Counted from the first letter of the stretch, positions 38,018 through 48,606 are shown. The stretch is DNA of 64,000 nucleotides from Pirellulales bacterium (GCA_036268995.1 DATATB010000090.1:3899-67898); one strand, 5' to 3'. Program-made: numbers and translations. The notes: a model not told the origin generated them from the sequence alone.

Positions 38018-41000
38018 TCAACCCTTGGTCACGGTTTCGTCCAGGTTCAGCAGCATGCTGGCCACCACGGACCAGGCGGCCAGCTCGGCGCGATCGAGCG
38101 TCGCATCGGGTTTCGACTCGCCGACGCTCAGCAGTTTGTCGGCCAATGTGGGCGTGCGGCGGAATTTGATCAGTTGATGTTCAAAGACCTTGATCAGCAC
38201 GGCCGCCTCTTCGCTTGTCGGACGCCGGGCGGTCGTCAGCCGAAAGGCGTACGCGACGCGATCAACCGGCGACGAGCCCCCTTCGCGCACAATCCGTTCG
38301 GCCAGCTTGCGCGACGCTTCGACATAAGTCGGGTCGTTCATCAGCACCAAAGCTTGCAGCGGCGTGTTGGTGCGCAGCCGCCGCACGGTGCAGGTCTCGC
38401 GGTCGGGTGCGTCAAACGTGGCCAGTGAAGGTGGCGGCACCGTCCGCTTCCAGAAGGTGTACATCGTCCGCCGATACAAATCCCGCCCGTGGCTGGGCGT
38501 GTATTTCTGCGCCGAATACGTGCCGCCGTAGGCCAGCTCGTCCCACAGGCCGTCGGGCTGGTACGGAAACACGCTTGGCCCGCCGATGGAATCATTCAGC
38601 AATCCGCTGGCCGCCAAAGCCTGATCGCGAATCAATTCGGCCGGCAGCCGCACGCGCGGGCCACGCGCCAGCAGCCGATTCTCTGGATCTTTGGCCACCA
38701 ACTGCGGCGAGACGACTGACGCTTGCCGATACGCGGCCGACATCACGATCAGCCGCTGCATGGCCTTCACATTCCAGCCCGAGTCGCGCAACTGGCAGGC
38801 GAGCCAGTCGAGCAGTTCGGGATGCGACGGGTATTCGCCTTGCGAGCCGAAATCCTCGGAGGTCTTCACCAGCCCCGTGCCGAAATACATCTGCCACCAG
38901 CGATTGACAATCACCCGGGCCGTCAGCGGCTGGTCGGCGGCCACCAGCCAGCGGGCCAGTCCCAACCGATTGGACGGGGCGCCGGCCGGCAGCGGCGAAA
39001 ACGACTCGGGCACGCCGGACGCGACCTTTGCGCCGTGCTTGTCGTATTGCCCGCGCACGAGCATGAATGTTTCGCGTGGCTGCGGCAGATCCTGCATGAC
39101 CATGGCCGTCGGCGAGCTTTCGAGCAGCGTTTGCTCCTGCCGGCGCACGTCGGCCAGTTGGGCGTTGAGCTTGCGCGAGGGTTCATCGCGCTGGGCGAAG
39201 TAATAGCCGTGCAGCAATTCGCGGTGCCGCGGCGTGCGTTTCTCCGGCTTGAGCGCCAGCGCATCGAGCACGTCGGCATAGCCGGCTACTTGGCTGACTT
39301 CCAACTCCGAGAGCGCGCGATTGTAGAATCGCAGGTCGTCCAGGCTGCCTTGGAAATTCGGCGTGCCGGCCCGGCGGCCGACTTCTACCGGCTTGTCGGT
39401 GTGGATCGTGGCGGCGAGCTTATCGCCTTTGGTGTAAACATCGGGCTCTTTGCCGCCCACATAGAGCTTTAAACCCGACAGCTTGCCCGATCCGTCGTAA
39501 ACCACGGCCACGTGCTGCCAGCGGTTTAAGGGGATCGGCTGCTGGCGCGTTTGCACTTGCAGAAAATCGTCGCCGCCGGCACTGAGTCGAATCGACGCCC
39601 CGCCCCGGGCGAGCGAGAACTCCCAGCCGCGGCCTTTGGCCTTGCCGTCGGTGGCGCCGGCGATCGTCATCGAGCCGTCTTCGGTGCGCTTGACCCACGC
39701 GGCCACGGTGAACGGCCGATCACGCTCGACCGCGATGGGCTGACCCAACTCGATCCAGCCATTGGCATCCAGCGCCAGCGCCAGGCCGATGCGGCCGGCT
39801 TCGTGCGTGCGATCGCCGTGCAGCCGGCCGGGATGTTTGCCAGCGGACCGGTTCGGTGTTTCGTCATTGCCTCGGGCATCGACGGGATAATGGGCCGCCA
39901 GTCCGGCCAGCGGCAGTGGCTCGGCCTCGGGCGAGGCAATTTGCTTGCCGCTCCAGGACTTGAATTCCGCATCGGCAGCCTTGATCCGCTGAGCCAATGC
40001 CGATTCGAGTTCGACCGCGCGAGCCCGCAGGGGCGACAGTTGTTTCTGTGTGGCGGTGTTGGGCACTTTCAGCAGCGGGGCCGCGTTGCCTTTGCGGCCG
40101 TCGAGCCCGTTTTCCGGAACATTATGAAAGAACGCGTACAGCCGGTAGTAATCGCGCTGCGTGATGGGGTCGAACTTATGATCGTGGCACTGCGCGCAGC
40201 CGACGGTCATGCCCAGCCAGACCGTGCCGGTGGTGTTGACCCGATCGACGATGTATGCCGCAAGATATTCTTCGGCGATCGCGCCCCCTTCGAAGTTAAT
40301 CATGTGGTTGCGATTGAAGCCGCTGGCGACTTGTTGCGACAGCGTCGCGCCGGGAAGCAGGTCGCCGGCCAGTTGCTCGACCGTGAACTGATCGAACGGC
40401 TGATTGCGATTAAAAGCCTCGATCACCCAATCACGCCAGGGCCACATGTCGCGATGGCTGTCGATGTGATAGCCATGCGTGTCGGCGTACCGGGCCGCGT
40501 CGAGCCACTCCAGCGCCATCCGCTCGCCATAATGCGGCGAGGCCAGCAGTCGATCGACTTGCCGAGCATAAGCATCCGGCCGCTGGTCGGCGACGAAGGC
40601 ATCCACCTCGGCGGGCGTCGGCGGCAAGCCGGTCAGATCGAGCGACAGCCGCCGCAGCAGCGTGGGCCGATCGGCCTCGGGCGAAGGCGCAAGCCCCGCC
40701 GACTCGAGCCGGGCCAGAATGAACCGATCGATTGGACCGGCAGACCATTTCTGATGTGCAACCTCCGGCAGCGCCGGCCGCTTGGGCGGCACCAGCGACC
40801 AGTGCTTAGCATAGGGCGCGCCCTGCTCGACCCAGGCCTTTAAGAGCTGCTTTTGCGCGTCCGTAAGCTTCTTGTTCGAATCCGGCGGCGGCATTTGCTG
40901 GTCGGCATCGGTCGACAGTACGCGTTCGACCAGCACACTGGCGCTGGCGTTGCCAGGCACGATGGCCGGCTGGCCCGACTCGGCCGGCCGCAAGGCCGCA

Positions 41001-41182
41001 TCGCGCAGGTCGAGCCGCAAGCCCGCTTGCCGCTCGTGGGCGTCCGGCCCGTGGCATTTGAAGCACTTGTCCGACAAGATCGGATGGATATCGCGGTCGA
41101 AATCGAGCTTGCTCGGGGCAGCCGCCGCCGGCAGGCAAGCCAAGATCCAGGCCAGCGGTGCAAATGCGGCAACACGCAGCAT
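38018..41182 (-). CDS. PSCyt1 / DUF1549 / LamG / DUF1553 (PSD1) planctomycete cytochrome-c domain protein
   Basis: 'DKCFKCHGPDAHERQAGLRLD' (PSCyt1 CxxCH). 'RRLSLDLTGLPPT' (DUF1549). A LamG-like insert with 'LDDLRFYNRAL'. 'CAQCHDHKFDP' and a DUF1553 tail. Confidence 0.9.
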   Translation of the reverse strand: MLRVAAFAPLAWILACLPAAAAPSKLDFDRDIHPILSDKCFKCHGPDAHERQAGLRLDLRDAALRPAESGQPAIVPGNASASVLVERVLSTDADQQMPPPDSNKKLTDAQKQLLKAWVEQGAPYAKHWSLVPPKRPALPEVAHQKWSAGPIDRFILARLESAGLAPSPEADRPTLLRRLSLDLTGLPPTPAEVDAFVADQRPDAYARQVDRLLASPHYGERMALEWLDAARYADTHGYHIDSHRDMWPWRDWVIEAFNRNQPFDQFTVEQLAGDLLPGATLSQQVASGFNRNHMINFEGGAIAEEYLAAYIVDRVNTTGTVWLGMTVGCAQCHDHKFDPITQRDYYRLYAFFHNVPENGLDGRKGNAAPLLKVPNTATQKQLSPLRARAVELESALAQRIKAADAEFKSWSGKQIASPEAEPLPLAGLAAHYPVDARGNDETPNRSAGKHPGRLHGDRTHEAGRIGLALALDANGWIELGQPIAVERDRPFTVAAWVKRTEDGSMTIAGATDGKAKGRGWEFSLARGGASIRLSAGGDDFLQVQTRQQPIPLNRWQHVAVVYDGSGKLSGLKLYVGGKEPDVYTKGDKLAATIHTDKPVEVGRRAGTPNFQGSLDDLRFYNRALSELEVSQVAGYADVLDALALKPEKRTPRHRELLHGYYFAQRDEPSRKLNAQLADVRRQEQTLLESSPTAMVMQDLPQPRETFMLVRGQYDKHGAKVASGVPESFSPLPAGAPSNRLGLARWLVAADQPLTARVIVNRWWQMYFGTGLVKTSEDFGSQGEYPSHPELLDWLACQLRDSGWNVKAMQRLIVMSAAYRQASVVSPQLVAKDPENRLLARGPRVRLPAELIRDQALAASGLLNDSIGGPSVFPYQPDGLWDELAYGGTYSAQKYTPSHGRDLYRRTMYTFWKRTVPPPSLATFDAPDRETCTVRRLRTNTPLQALVLMNDPTYVEASRKLAERIVREGGSSPVDRVAYAFRLTTARRPTSEEAAVLIKVFEHQLIKFRRTPTLADKLLSVGESKPDATLDRAELAAWSVVASMLLNLDETVTKG

Positions 41183-41357
41183 GGCGATATTCCTCGTCGG
41201 TTGCCAAATCTAAGGCGGGGATGGCTAGGCTGGAAGCAACAGCAGGCTGGTCACAACAGCGGCAGGTGAGGCAATTTAGTCTACCAATGAAGCCCCACAA
41301 TTGCCACAAAACCGCTTTCCCCCCTCTCGCCTCGTGGGCGAGGGGAGGTCTGATCAG

Positions 41358-41756
41358 TCATTCTTTCTGCTTCCGTGCGTTTCTTGCTGCTTCATATCGC
41401 TCTTCACCTTCGACAATTCGTATCCGCGACCCCTCCGGCGGCAGCGGCACGTTCGGCCCGACGAAAGTCGTTTCCGGAAACAGCCTGCGTGGATCGGCAA
41501 AGCCGAATTCTGAGGTAATCGGATCATGCAGTCGGACAACCCCCAGCTCGCCGAAGATCCATAAACCGCCCGGCGCATCGATCGCCGGAGGCGCAGCGCC
41601 TGCACGGAGGCCTTGCGCCTGTAAGACCTCGTGCCGCTGCCGAATCCAATTTAGCGCGTAGCCGACCCACGCCAGCACCGGGGCCGCCACCGCGATCAGC
41701 ATAAACAGCGTCCGGAGGCGGAAAGTAAACCAGCAGCGTCGGGGGTTCTCGTTCAT
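41358..41756 (-). CDS. hypothetical N-terminally anchored protein
   Basis: 'FRLRTLFMLIAVAAPVLAWVGY' is the TM-anchor pattern common in small planctomycete proteins. No function inferred. Confidence 0.5.
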   Translation of the reverse strand: MNENPRRCWFTFRLRTLFMLIAVAAPVLAWVGYALNWIRQRHEVLQAQGLRAGAAPPAIDAPGGLWIFGELGVVRLHDPITSEFGFADPRRLFPETTFVGPNVPLPPEGSRIRIVEGEERYEAARNARKQKE

Positions 41757-41813
41757 GCAGGCAGTCTAGCCGGCCGGCCGAAGGTGACAGTCGCTGCTAA
41801 CACCGCTTTCCTT

Positions 41814-42203
41814 TTAGCCGGACGTGCTGGAAAGCACTACGCTCCGCCACAGGGCTCCGTCGGGCCGCACCGCCCACTGGCGAAAAGCGTCGATCATCGT
41901 GGCCAGCAGCTCTGGAGCGTCGGCGTCGCCGACCCGCATCATTCCGTCAGCGAAGCTGACGTGATCGTACGGCCCCCAGGTTTGGCTGCGCGAGTCGGCA
42001 TTTTCGAAGTGCACGGCACATCGCGATTCGGTGTAGAGCGTGGTGTAACAGACGTCGTCGGCCCACCACGAACCGCCGCTATGCCGGGCAATCGGCCGGC
42101 CGTCGGGGCCGATCAGGTCGGGGCCGTCGAGGCGGTAAATCTTGCTAGCCGGCAGGCGCCATGCGCTCTCGGATGACACGCCTCGCAATGTGAACTCAAT
42201 CAT
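41814..42203 (-). CDS. hypothetical protein
   Basis: 129-aa ORF with balanced composition, filling a gap. No family recognised. Confidence 0.45.
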   Translation of the reverse strand: MIEFTLRGVSSESAWRLPASKIYRLDGPDLIGPDGRPIARHSGGSWWADDVCYTTLYTESRCAVHFENADSRSQTWGPYDHVSFADGMMRVGDADAPELLATMIDAFRQWAVRPDGALWRSVVLSSTSG

Positions 42204-42410
42204 GGTGTCCGCGGAGAAGCCGGTACTTCGAGCCTTGGAAACACTGCCAAGCTGTTTTTACAGCATGATCGCCAGGGGGGCGAACAGAATCGCGTCGCAG
42301 CCCACCGAATCCGCGACCACCGGTTCGGATCACACCGCCTCGCAGGCCGAGCCCCCGCCCGTTATCATGCGCGAAAGAACTTTGCGCAGGCTTTGGGCTG
42401 GCACTCGGCG

Positions 42411-43781
42411 ATGGCGATTCACATCGGCAATGGTGCGGGATTTCTGGGCGATAGCCTCGATGCGCCGCGGCGGTTGGTCGAATCGGCCGAATTGGACTAC
42501 CTCACGCTCGAATACCTGGCCGAGCTGACCCTCTCAATCCTGGCCCGCAGCCGCGAGAAGGACGCCAGCGCGGGCTATGCGGGCGATTTTCTCGAAGTGC
42601 TCGCGAGCCTGACGCCGGCGCTCGTGCGACAACCGCAGCTCAAGATCGTGACCAATGCCGGCGGCGTGAACCCGGCCGCTTGCGTTCGCCGCGCGGCTGA
42701 GGTTCTGGCGGCCGCCGGGCTGGCCAACGAGCGCGTGGCGCTGGTCACCGGTGATGACCTTCTCGGGCGGCTGGACGAGTTGCAAGCGGCCGGCTGCAAG
42801 CTCGCGCACCTCGACACGGGCGTGCCGCTGGCCGATCTGCCGGAGCCGGTGGTCAGTGCGAATGCTTATTTGGGCGCCCAGCCGATTGCCGAGGCTCTTG
42901 GCCAAGGAGCCCGGATCGTGGTCACAGGTCGAGTGGCCGATGCCTCGCTCACGCTGGGGCCCGCGGTACACGAGTTCGGCTGGGCTTGGGACGATTGGCA
43001 CCGGCTGGCAGCAGCGAGCGTCGCCGGACATCTGATCGAGTGCGGCGCCCAGGCCACCGGCGGCTTTTATCCCCATTGGAACGACATCGACCTGGCCGAC
43101 GTGGGCTATCCCATTGCCGAGTTGGAACCCGACTCGAGCTTCGTGATCACCAAGCCCGGCGGCTCGGGCGGCCGCGTGAACCGCGAGACCGTGACCGAGC
43201 AGCTTCTGTACGAGATTGGCGATCCGGCCCATTATCTCACGCCCGACGTCGACGTCGACTTCACGACACTTGAGCTTTCGGAGCAAGGCCCGGACCGCAT
43301 GGCCGTGCGCGGCGCCACCGGCCGGCCGGCAACTGGAACTTACAAAGTCTCGCTAGCCTACAAGGCCGGCTACATGGCCAGCAGCCAATTGCTGGTCTAC
43401 GGCCGTGACTGCCAGGCCAAAGCCCGGGCGTGTGCGGCCGTGATCTTCGAGCGTCTGCGGGCCAGCGGATATACGTACCCAGGTTCTTGCGTCGAAATGC
43501 TGGGCGCCGGCGAAGCCGTGCCGGGCATGGTTTCCGCGCCGCAGGATTTGCGCGAGGTGATGCTGCGAATCACGGTGCGGCATGCCCATCGCGATGCGGT
43601 CGAGCGGTTCACCCGCGAAGTGGCGCCGCTGGCTACGGCCGGGCCGGCTGGCCTGGCAGGATACACGGCCGCCCGCGGCACGGTGCGACCGGTGTTTGCT
43701 TATTGGCCCACGCTCGTACCCAAGGAACTGGTGCCCTGGCAGGTGGAAGTCCAGACGGCGGATGCGTGGAGCGCCTTTTGA
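42411..43781 (+). CDS. AtuA-like (DUF1446, acyclic terpene utilisation family) protein
   Basis: ATG at 42411. 'IGNGAGFLGDSLDAPRRLVE...LDYLTLEYLAELTLSIL' and 'HLIECGAQATGG'. Confidence 0.8.
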   Translation: MAIHIGNGAGFLGDSLDAPRRLVESAELDYLTLEYLAELTLSILARSREKDASAGYAGDFLEVLASLTPALVRQPQLKIVTNAGGVNPAACVRRAAEVLAAAGLANERVALVTGDDLLGRLDELQAAGCKLAHLDTGVPLADLPEPVVSANAYLGAQPIAEALGQGARIVVTGRVADASLTLGPAVHEFGWAWDDWHRLAAASVAGHLIECGAQATGGFYPHWNDIDLADVGYPIAELEPDSSFVITKPGGSGGRVNRETVTEQLLYEIGDPAHYLTPDVDVDFTTLELSEQGPDRMAVRGATGRPATGTYKVSLAYKAGYMASSQLLVYGRDCQAKARACAAVIFERLRASGYTYPGSCVEMLGAGEAVPGMVSAPQDLREVMLRITVRHAHRDAVERFTREVAPLATAGPAGLAGYTAARGTVRPVFAYWPTLVPKELVPWQVEVQTADAWSAF

Positions 43782-44155
43782 TGAACACAACCACCAAGAC
43801 AATTCCACTTTCGCAGATCGCGCATGCCCGCAGCGGCGACAAAGGAAATCACTCGAACATCGGCGTGATTGCCTACACGCCCGAGGGCTTCGAATACCTG
43901 CGGCGCGAGCTGACGACCCAGCGCGTGACCGAGCATTTTGCCGGTCTCGCTCCGCGCCGAGTGGTGCGCTACGTGCTGCCGAACTTGTGGGCTTTGAACT
44001 TTGTGCTTTACGATGTGCTCGGCGGCGGAGCCAGCCAGTCGCTGCGGATCGACACGCAGGGCAAGCTGCTGTCGACGGCCATCGGCGAACTGCTGCTGAG
44101 CGAGCCGGCCGAGCTGGCTGCCATGATCCGTCCGAGCACTGCTCCGAACTCCTGA
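43781..44155 (+). CDS. small AtuA C-terminal-like protein (split AtuA partner)
   Basis: 124 aa with a TGATG stop/start overlap with the upstream gene. 'IAHARSGDKGNHSNIGVIA' resembles the C-terminal module of single-chain AtuA proteins (from memory). Confidence 0.55.
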   Translation: MNTTTKTIPLSQIAHARSGDKGNHSNIGVIAYTPEGFEYLRRELTTQRVTEHFAGLAPRRVVRYVLPNLWALNFVLYDVLGGGASQSLRIDTQGKLLSTAIGELLLSEPAELAAMIRPSTAPNS

Positions 44156-44170
44156 CGCGAAGCCTTTCCA

Positions 44171-44956
44171 ATGTCCGATTCGCTGGTGCGCATTCATGTC
44201 AGCCCGCCGGGGGCCAGCATCATTCTCAATCGGCCCGAGAAGCGCAACGCGCTTACCCGGGCGATGATTGCCGAACTGAGCCAGGCCCTGGACGATTTGC
44301 ACCAGGAGCGCCGCGTGCGGGCCGTGATTCTAACCGGCGCAGGACCGGCTTTTTGTGCCGGCATGGATTTGGGCGAGATGCTCGAGACCAGCCGCCAGGA
44401 CGATGCCCTCGCGCAGTGGCATCGCGACGCGGTGATGTACCTCGATTTGATCTTGGTGATGCTGCGATTTCCCAAGCCGCTGATCGCGGCCGTCAATGGC
44501 CCGGCGATGGCCGGCGGGGCGGGGCTGGTGCTGGCCTGCGACCTGGTCGTGGCGGCCGAGAGCGCGGCGTTCGGATTGCCCGAGCCGCTGCGGGGCATCG
44601 TGGCCGGCATGGTCGCTCCGCTGCTGCACTTCCGCGTCGGCGGCGGGCAAGCCGCGCGGCTGCTGCTCTCGGCCAGCACACTGCCGGCGGCCGAAGCCCT
44701 GCGGATTGGGCTGTTTCACGAAATCGTACACCCGGACCATCTCTGGCCCCGCGCCAGCGAGCTAGCCGCGCAGTGCGCGCGCTGCGCGCCCGAAGCCCTG
44801 CAACTTTCCAAACGGCTCTTAAACGAGACGATCGGCGAGCAGCTCACCACGCTGCTCACTGCCGGCGCCGCCGCCAGCGCCACCGCCCGCACCACCGAAG
44901 CCGCGGCCGAAGGCCTCGCCGCCTTCCTGGAAAAACGCGACCCGATTTGGCCGTAA
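44171..44956 (+). CDS. enoyl-CoA hydratase/isomerase (crotonase) family protein
   Basis: 'LNRPEKRNAL', 'VILTGAGPAFCAGMDL' and 'AAVNGPAMAGGAGLVLACD'. Confidence 0.85.
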   Translation: MSDSLVRIHVSPPGASIILNRPEKRNALTRAMIAELSQALDDLHQERRVRAVILTGAGPAFCAGMDLGEMLETSRQDDALAQWHRDAVMYLDLILVMLRFPKPLIAAVNGPAMAGGAGLVLACDLVVAAESAAFGLPEPLRGIVAGMVAPLLHFRVGGGQAARLLLSASTLPAAEALRIGLFHEIVHPDHLWPRASELAAQCARCAPEALQLSKRLLNETIGEQLTTLLTAGAAASATARTTEAAAEGLAAFLEKRDPIWP

Positions 44957-45268
44957 GACTGCCTTGGCGGTTTCACTTCGCTGCCGAGGGCGCATTTTGC
45001 GATCGTTATGCACTTTGCCGCGGATCCTTGGGTTCCGGAGATTCGCAGGGCCATGATGATGCCTGTCTTTGGCTCGCAGGGCCGGGTCGGCGATGGGGAT
45101 ATTGCGTCGATTGTCGACATCACTCTAGCCCCTCGCAGAGCTGGCTGGCAATACCCGACAAGAACTTACGAGCCCTGCTGCTGGTTGGTCCGATTGATTG
45201 CTCCGCGCGCTCGCAGGCAGTAGCATGGCGACAACCGGTTTTGGTCCCTTTTCTGGTGGCACCGCCCG

Positions 45269-45970
45269 ATGGTCCTGACGCTGAAGCAGCATGCCTATAA
45301 GCTGATTCGCAACCGGGTGCTGTCCGGCAGCATCCCTCCCGGCGGCCGGCTCTCGGACGACGCCCTGTCGAAAGAGCTGAAGATCAGCCGCAGTCCGATC
45401 CGCGAGGCCATCAGCCAGCTCACGAGCGAAGGCCTCGTCGAATACCGCCCGCGCTCCGGCGCGTATGTGCGGGTGCCCGACTTGCGGGAATTGGAAGAGT
45501 GGTACGAAACGCGGACGGCGCTTGAAGGCTTTGCCGTAATGCGTGCCTGCTCGCACATTACCGCCGTTCAGCTCGGCGAGCTGCAACGCTTGTGCGACGA
45601 AATTGCCGCCGTCATTCGGGCCGTCCGCGAACTGCCCGGCAAGATTGCCAACACGAAGCTCCGCGAGCGGTTCCTCGCGCTCGATCTGGAATTCCACATG
45701 CTGATTCTGCATGTCTCCGGCAACGCCTGGATGCTGCGGATCGTGGAAGACTGCAAACTACTGACCAAGGTCTTTGGTCACGTGCAAATCGAACACGACA
45801 TGCGTCTGCTGAGCCGCAGCCACTTGGGTCATCGGCGCGTTGTTCGCGCGCTGAGAAGGCAGCAGCCCGAGTTCGCGCGCCGCTTGATGGAAGAGCACAT
45901 CCAAGCCGCCTGCCGAGCCGTGCTCGCCGGATATGCAGCCAAGCGAGCCGCGCCGGACGAGTCGATTTGA
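45269..45970 (+). CDS. GntR family (FadR/FCD-type) transcriptional regulator
   Basis: 'LSKELKISRSPIREAISQLTSEGLVEYRPRSGAYV' is a wHTH, followed by an all-helical FCD-like C-domain. Confidence 0.85.
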   Translation: MVLTLKQHAYKLIRNRVLSGSIPPGGRLSDDALSKELKISRSPIREAISQLTSEGLVEYRPRSGAYVRVPDLRELEEWYETRTALEGFAVMRACSHITAVQLGELQRLCDEIAAVIRAVRELPGKIANTKLRERFLALDLEFHMLILHVSGNAWMLRIVEDCKLLTKVFGHVQIEHDMRLLSRSHLGHRRVVRALRRQQPEFARRLMEEHIQAACRAVLAGYAAKRAAPDESI

Positions 45971-46236
45971 GCCGGTAGCGGAATTCGTGAGAATTCCGAC
46001 GGGGTACCGTAGTCGTCTCGCTCCGTCGAGACGCCTCTCCCCGCCGTGCCCGCAACTCGGCTTGGCGCTGGGCGGGTCGATGGTGATTTCTTTCATCCCG
46101 GCGGAGCGGGATGTCTACGGTGTGACGCCGGCGCTGGACGGCCGAACTTTACCAATTGTCGCCGCCGGTAGCGGAATTCGTGAGAATTCCGACGGGGTAC
46201 TGCGAAACTCTTCGGAAGCCTCACAGCTTCCGCTAC
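45971..46236. repeat. composite repeat block: 37-bp direct duplication of a family-1 unit flanking a family-2 doublet, plus a reverse family-1 unit
   Basis: 45971-46007 is identical to 46164-46200. Family-2 copy C is at 46007-46120. The reverse unit at 46212-46236 contains the stop codon of the hisA/F-like gene. Confidence 0.85.
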
Positions 46237-46985
46237 AGGAGATTATCTCGTGTCAGCCGGCCGTCGTGTAGGGCCGAGGCGACGAGCGCCGCGTTGTAGC
46301 TGGCGGTGGAAAGTTGCTGAAGATCTTCCGGGCCGCGAATGCCGCCGCCGCCGATGAGCTCGACGTGCGGATACTGCCGCCGCAGGCTGGTGGCCAGGGC
46401 TTCGGTGCCGACGCCGCCATCCATGCCGACTCGGGCCAGGTCGAGAATCAACAGCCGCTCGATGCCGATGGCAATCGCCTCCGCCGCGATCGTCTCGGGC
46501 GATGCGTGATTCCACTGCGCGACTCGCGTAATCGGCCGGCCGTCTTGCAGGTCGAGACTGAAAACCACGCGGGCTGCACCGAGCAGTTCGATGAATTGCC
46601 GGAGCCGCTGGACGTCGGGCAAACTCTCCAGGCCGACTACCGCGGCTTCGACCATGCCGGCCGCGATCAGGTTGCGAAGTCGCTCGGCCGTGGGCAGATC
46701 GCGTAGGCCCAGATCGACCATCGGCCGCAACCCCGCTTCGGCCACAGATTGATAAACATCCCACGCCGGTTCGGCGCCGGCGATTGCATCCAGATCCGCG
46801 AGATAGCTAATGGAAAACCCAAAGTGCTCGACCAGTGCCTGGGCAATGTCGGCCGGCCGGCTGCCGGCGGCGAGTTGGCTGACGATCGGCCGGTATTCGC
46901 TGCGCCGGCCGGCAATGCCGCGCACCACTTGTCCGGCCAGCAGGTCGATCACGGGAATGACGCGCAAGCGGAATCCTTGCTGCAC
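46233..46985 (-). CDS. HisA/HisF-family TIM-barrel protein
   Basis: 'VIPVIDLLAGQVVRG', 'LADLDAI' and C-terminal 'GGGIRGPEDL'. Confidence 0.75.
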   Translation of the reverse strand: MQQGFRLRVIPVIDLLAGQVVRGIAGRRSEYRPIVSQLAAGSRPADIAQALVEHFGFSISYLADLDAIAGAEPAWDVYQSVAEAGLRPMVDLGLRDLPTAERLRNLIAAGMVEAAVVGLESLPDVQRLRQFIELLGAARVVFSLDLQDGRPITRVAQWNHASPETIAAEAIAIGIERLLILDLARVGMDGGVGTEALATSLRRQYPHVELIGGGGIRGPEDLQQLSTASYNAALVASALHDGRLTRDNLL

Positions 46986-46997
46986 TACGAGCGCTCG

Positions 46998-48602
46998 TCA
47001 AAAGCTGGCGTCGACGGTTCGCTTGCCATACAGCGGCAGGTAGCGGTAATAAACTTCGAGGGTCATGATTGCCATGCAGGTGGCGTAGAGCCGGCCGCCC
47101 TTGTTGCTCGATTTCTGATCGTCTTTGAAGAACCAACTGCCCGACTCATGTCCCTCGCGGGCCTGGGTGGCGATCAACTGGTAACGCATCTGGCGGTTCC
47201 ACTGCTGCCAGTCGCTTCCGCCCCAGTGATGCAGCACTTGCGTGGCATAGTAGTTGTAATACATATCGAATTTCGAAGGGCCCCGCTGGCTGAGCCAGCG
47301 CACGCCCTTGGCCAGCCGCCGGTCGTCGCGTCGCCAGCCGGTGACCATGCGGCAGAGCAGGCCGACTGCCGTGCTGGTCGGCTCCTTGCCGGGGGCGAGA
47401 TAGCCGTAAAACGAGCCGTAATCACTGCTCATCGCGTCGAGAAAACGAATGCCGCGCTGGACCGTCGCTCCGGGAATCTTAAGATACGACATTTGTCCGC
47501 TGCGCAGGGCCATGAACATCCAGCCGGTCACGGTGACGTCGCCGGGCTCGCCGGGAGCATAGCGCCAGCCGCCGCCGTGCTGATCCTGGGCGTAGACGAC
47601 AAAATCGATCGCCGCCTGGGCCTTGTCTTTCAAAGCCGGGTCGTGGGTCATGGCATAGGCTTCGGCCAGCGCCATGGCCGAAAGCCCCTGGCCGTACATC
47701 GTGCCTTCCATAAAATCGCCGCCGTGCGGAGTCGGCTGCATGCGGCCGGCCAGATAATACATGGCGTTGCGGACGACTTCCTGATAGTCGCCCTGGCGAT
47801 CGGTGTGTCCGGCGCCGAGAAAACAGAGCAGGCCCAGCGCGGTGGAAGCCGTGGTCGAAGGCTCGTTGCCCGGGTTGCCGCACGCGCCCGAGCAGGGCGC
47901 CCCCTGATGGTTGAACCGCCAGGCACCGCTGGGCAATTGATGGGCCGCCAGCCAGCCGAGCCCGCGTTTGACGGCCTGCTCGCTGTCCAGGTTTCCGCCT
48001 TCGCTGTCCAGCAGCTTGCTTTTCATCTGTCCACTGCGGCCCGTCAGCGCGCCGGCTGTGCCGACAAACCCGGCGTCCGTGCCCGTGCTTTCGCCCTCGC
48101 CGCCGGGGCCCGCACCCGGCCGCAGTGGCCGATCGGTCTTTAGCCCGCCGCGGCGCATGTCGGCCAGCGCCACGTTTTCCAGGCGCGGGGCCGCGATCTG
48201 CTGCTGCAAGACCGGCGGCCGCGGGGCGACCACTGGAGTGGCGAGTTCCGGCAGCTCGCCGAGTTCAGGCCCACTGGCGGTTGGCGAGATGGCAGCAACC
48301 AGCGACAACCCCGCGGCCTGGCGAGTCACGTGCATCGACCAAAGTCCCATGACGAGTAGCAGCACGGCGTGCACCAACGTGCTGATGACAAAGCTGAACA
48401 GCGGCGCTTGCCGCCGGCCGATCCAGCGCAGCACTCGCGACCCGCGCGAACGTGCCGGCACGACGCACTCGGACGCGGTCGTGGCTTTCGGCGGCGGTGC
48501 GATCACTGCCCGAGGCACTTCCACCGGCGGCGCCGAAGCGCGGCCGCCCACGGCGGTAGGCCGCAGCGGTAAGCCGGATGGGTTGGGAAGTGAGGTGGAC
48601 AT
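46998..48602 (-). CDS. prenyltransferase/squalene-oxidase repeat (alpha-alpha toroid) protein, N-terminal TM anchor
   Basis: 'AVKRGLGWLAAHQLPSGAW', 'DQHGGGWRYAPGEPGDVTVTGWMFMALRS' and 'WQQWN'. Paralog of the next gene. Confidence 0.75.
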   Translation of the reverse strand: MSTSLPNPSGLPLRPTAVGGRASAPPVEVPRAVIAPPPKATTASECVVPARSRGSRVLRWIGRRQAPLFSFVISTLVHAVLLLVMGLWSMHVTRQAAGLSLVAAISPTASGPELGELPELATPVVAPRPPVLQQQIAAPRLENVALADMRRGGLKTDRPLRPGAGPGGEGESTGTDAGFVGTAGALTGRSGQMKSKLLDSEGGNLDSEQAVKRGLGWLAAHQLPSGAWRFNHQGAPCSGACGNPGNEPSTTASTALGLLCFLGAGHTDRQGDYQEVVRNAMYYLAGRMQPTPHGGDFMEGTMYGQGLSAMALAEAYAMTHDPALKDKAQAAIDFVVYAQDQHGGGWRYAPGEPGDVTVTGWMFMALRSGQMSYLKIPGATVQRGIRFLDAMSSDYGSFYGYLAPGKEPTSTAVGLLCRMVTGWRRDDRRLAKGVRWLSQRGPSKFDMYYNYYATQVLHHWGGSDWQQWNRQMRYQLIATQAREGHESGSWFFKDDQKSSNKGGRLYATCMAIMTLEVYYRYLPLYGKRTVDASF

Positions 48603-48606
48603 TGGT

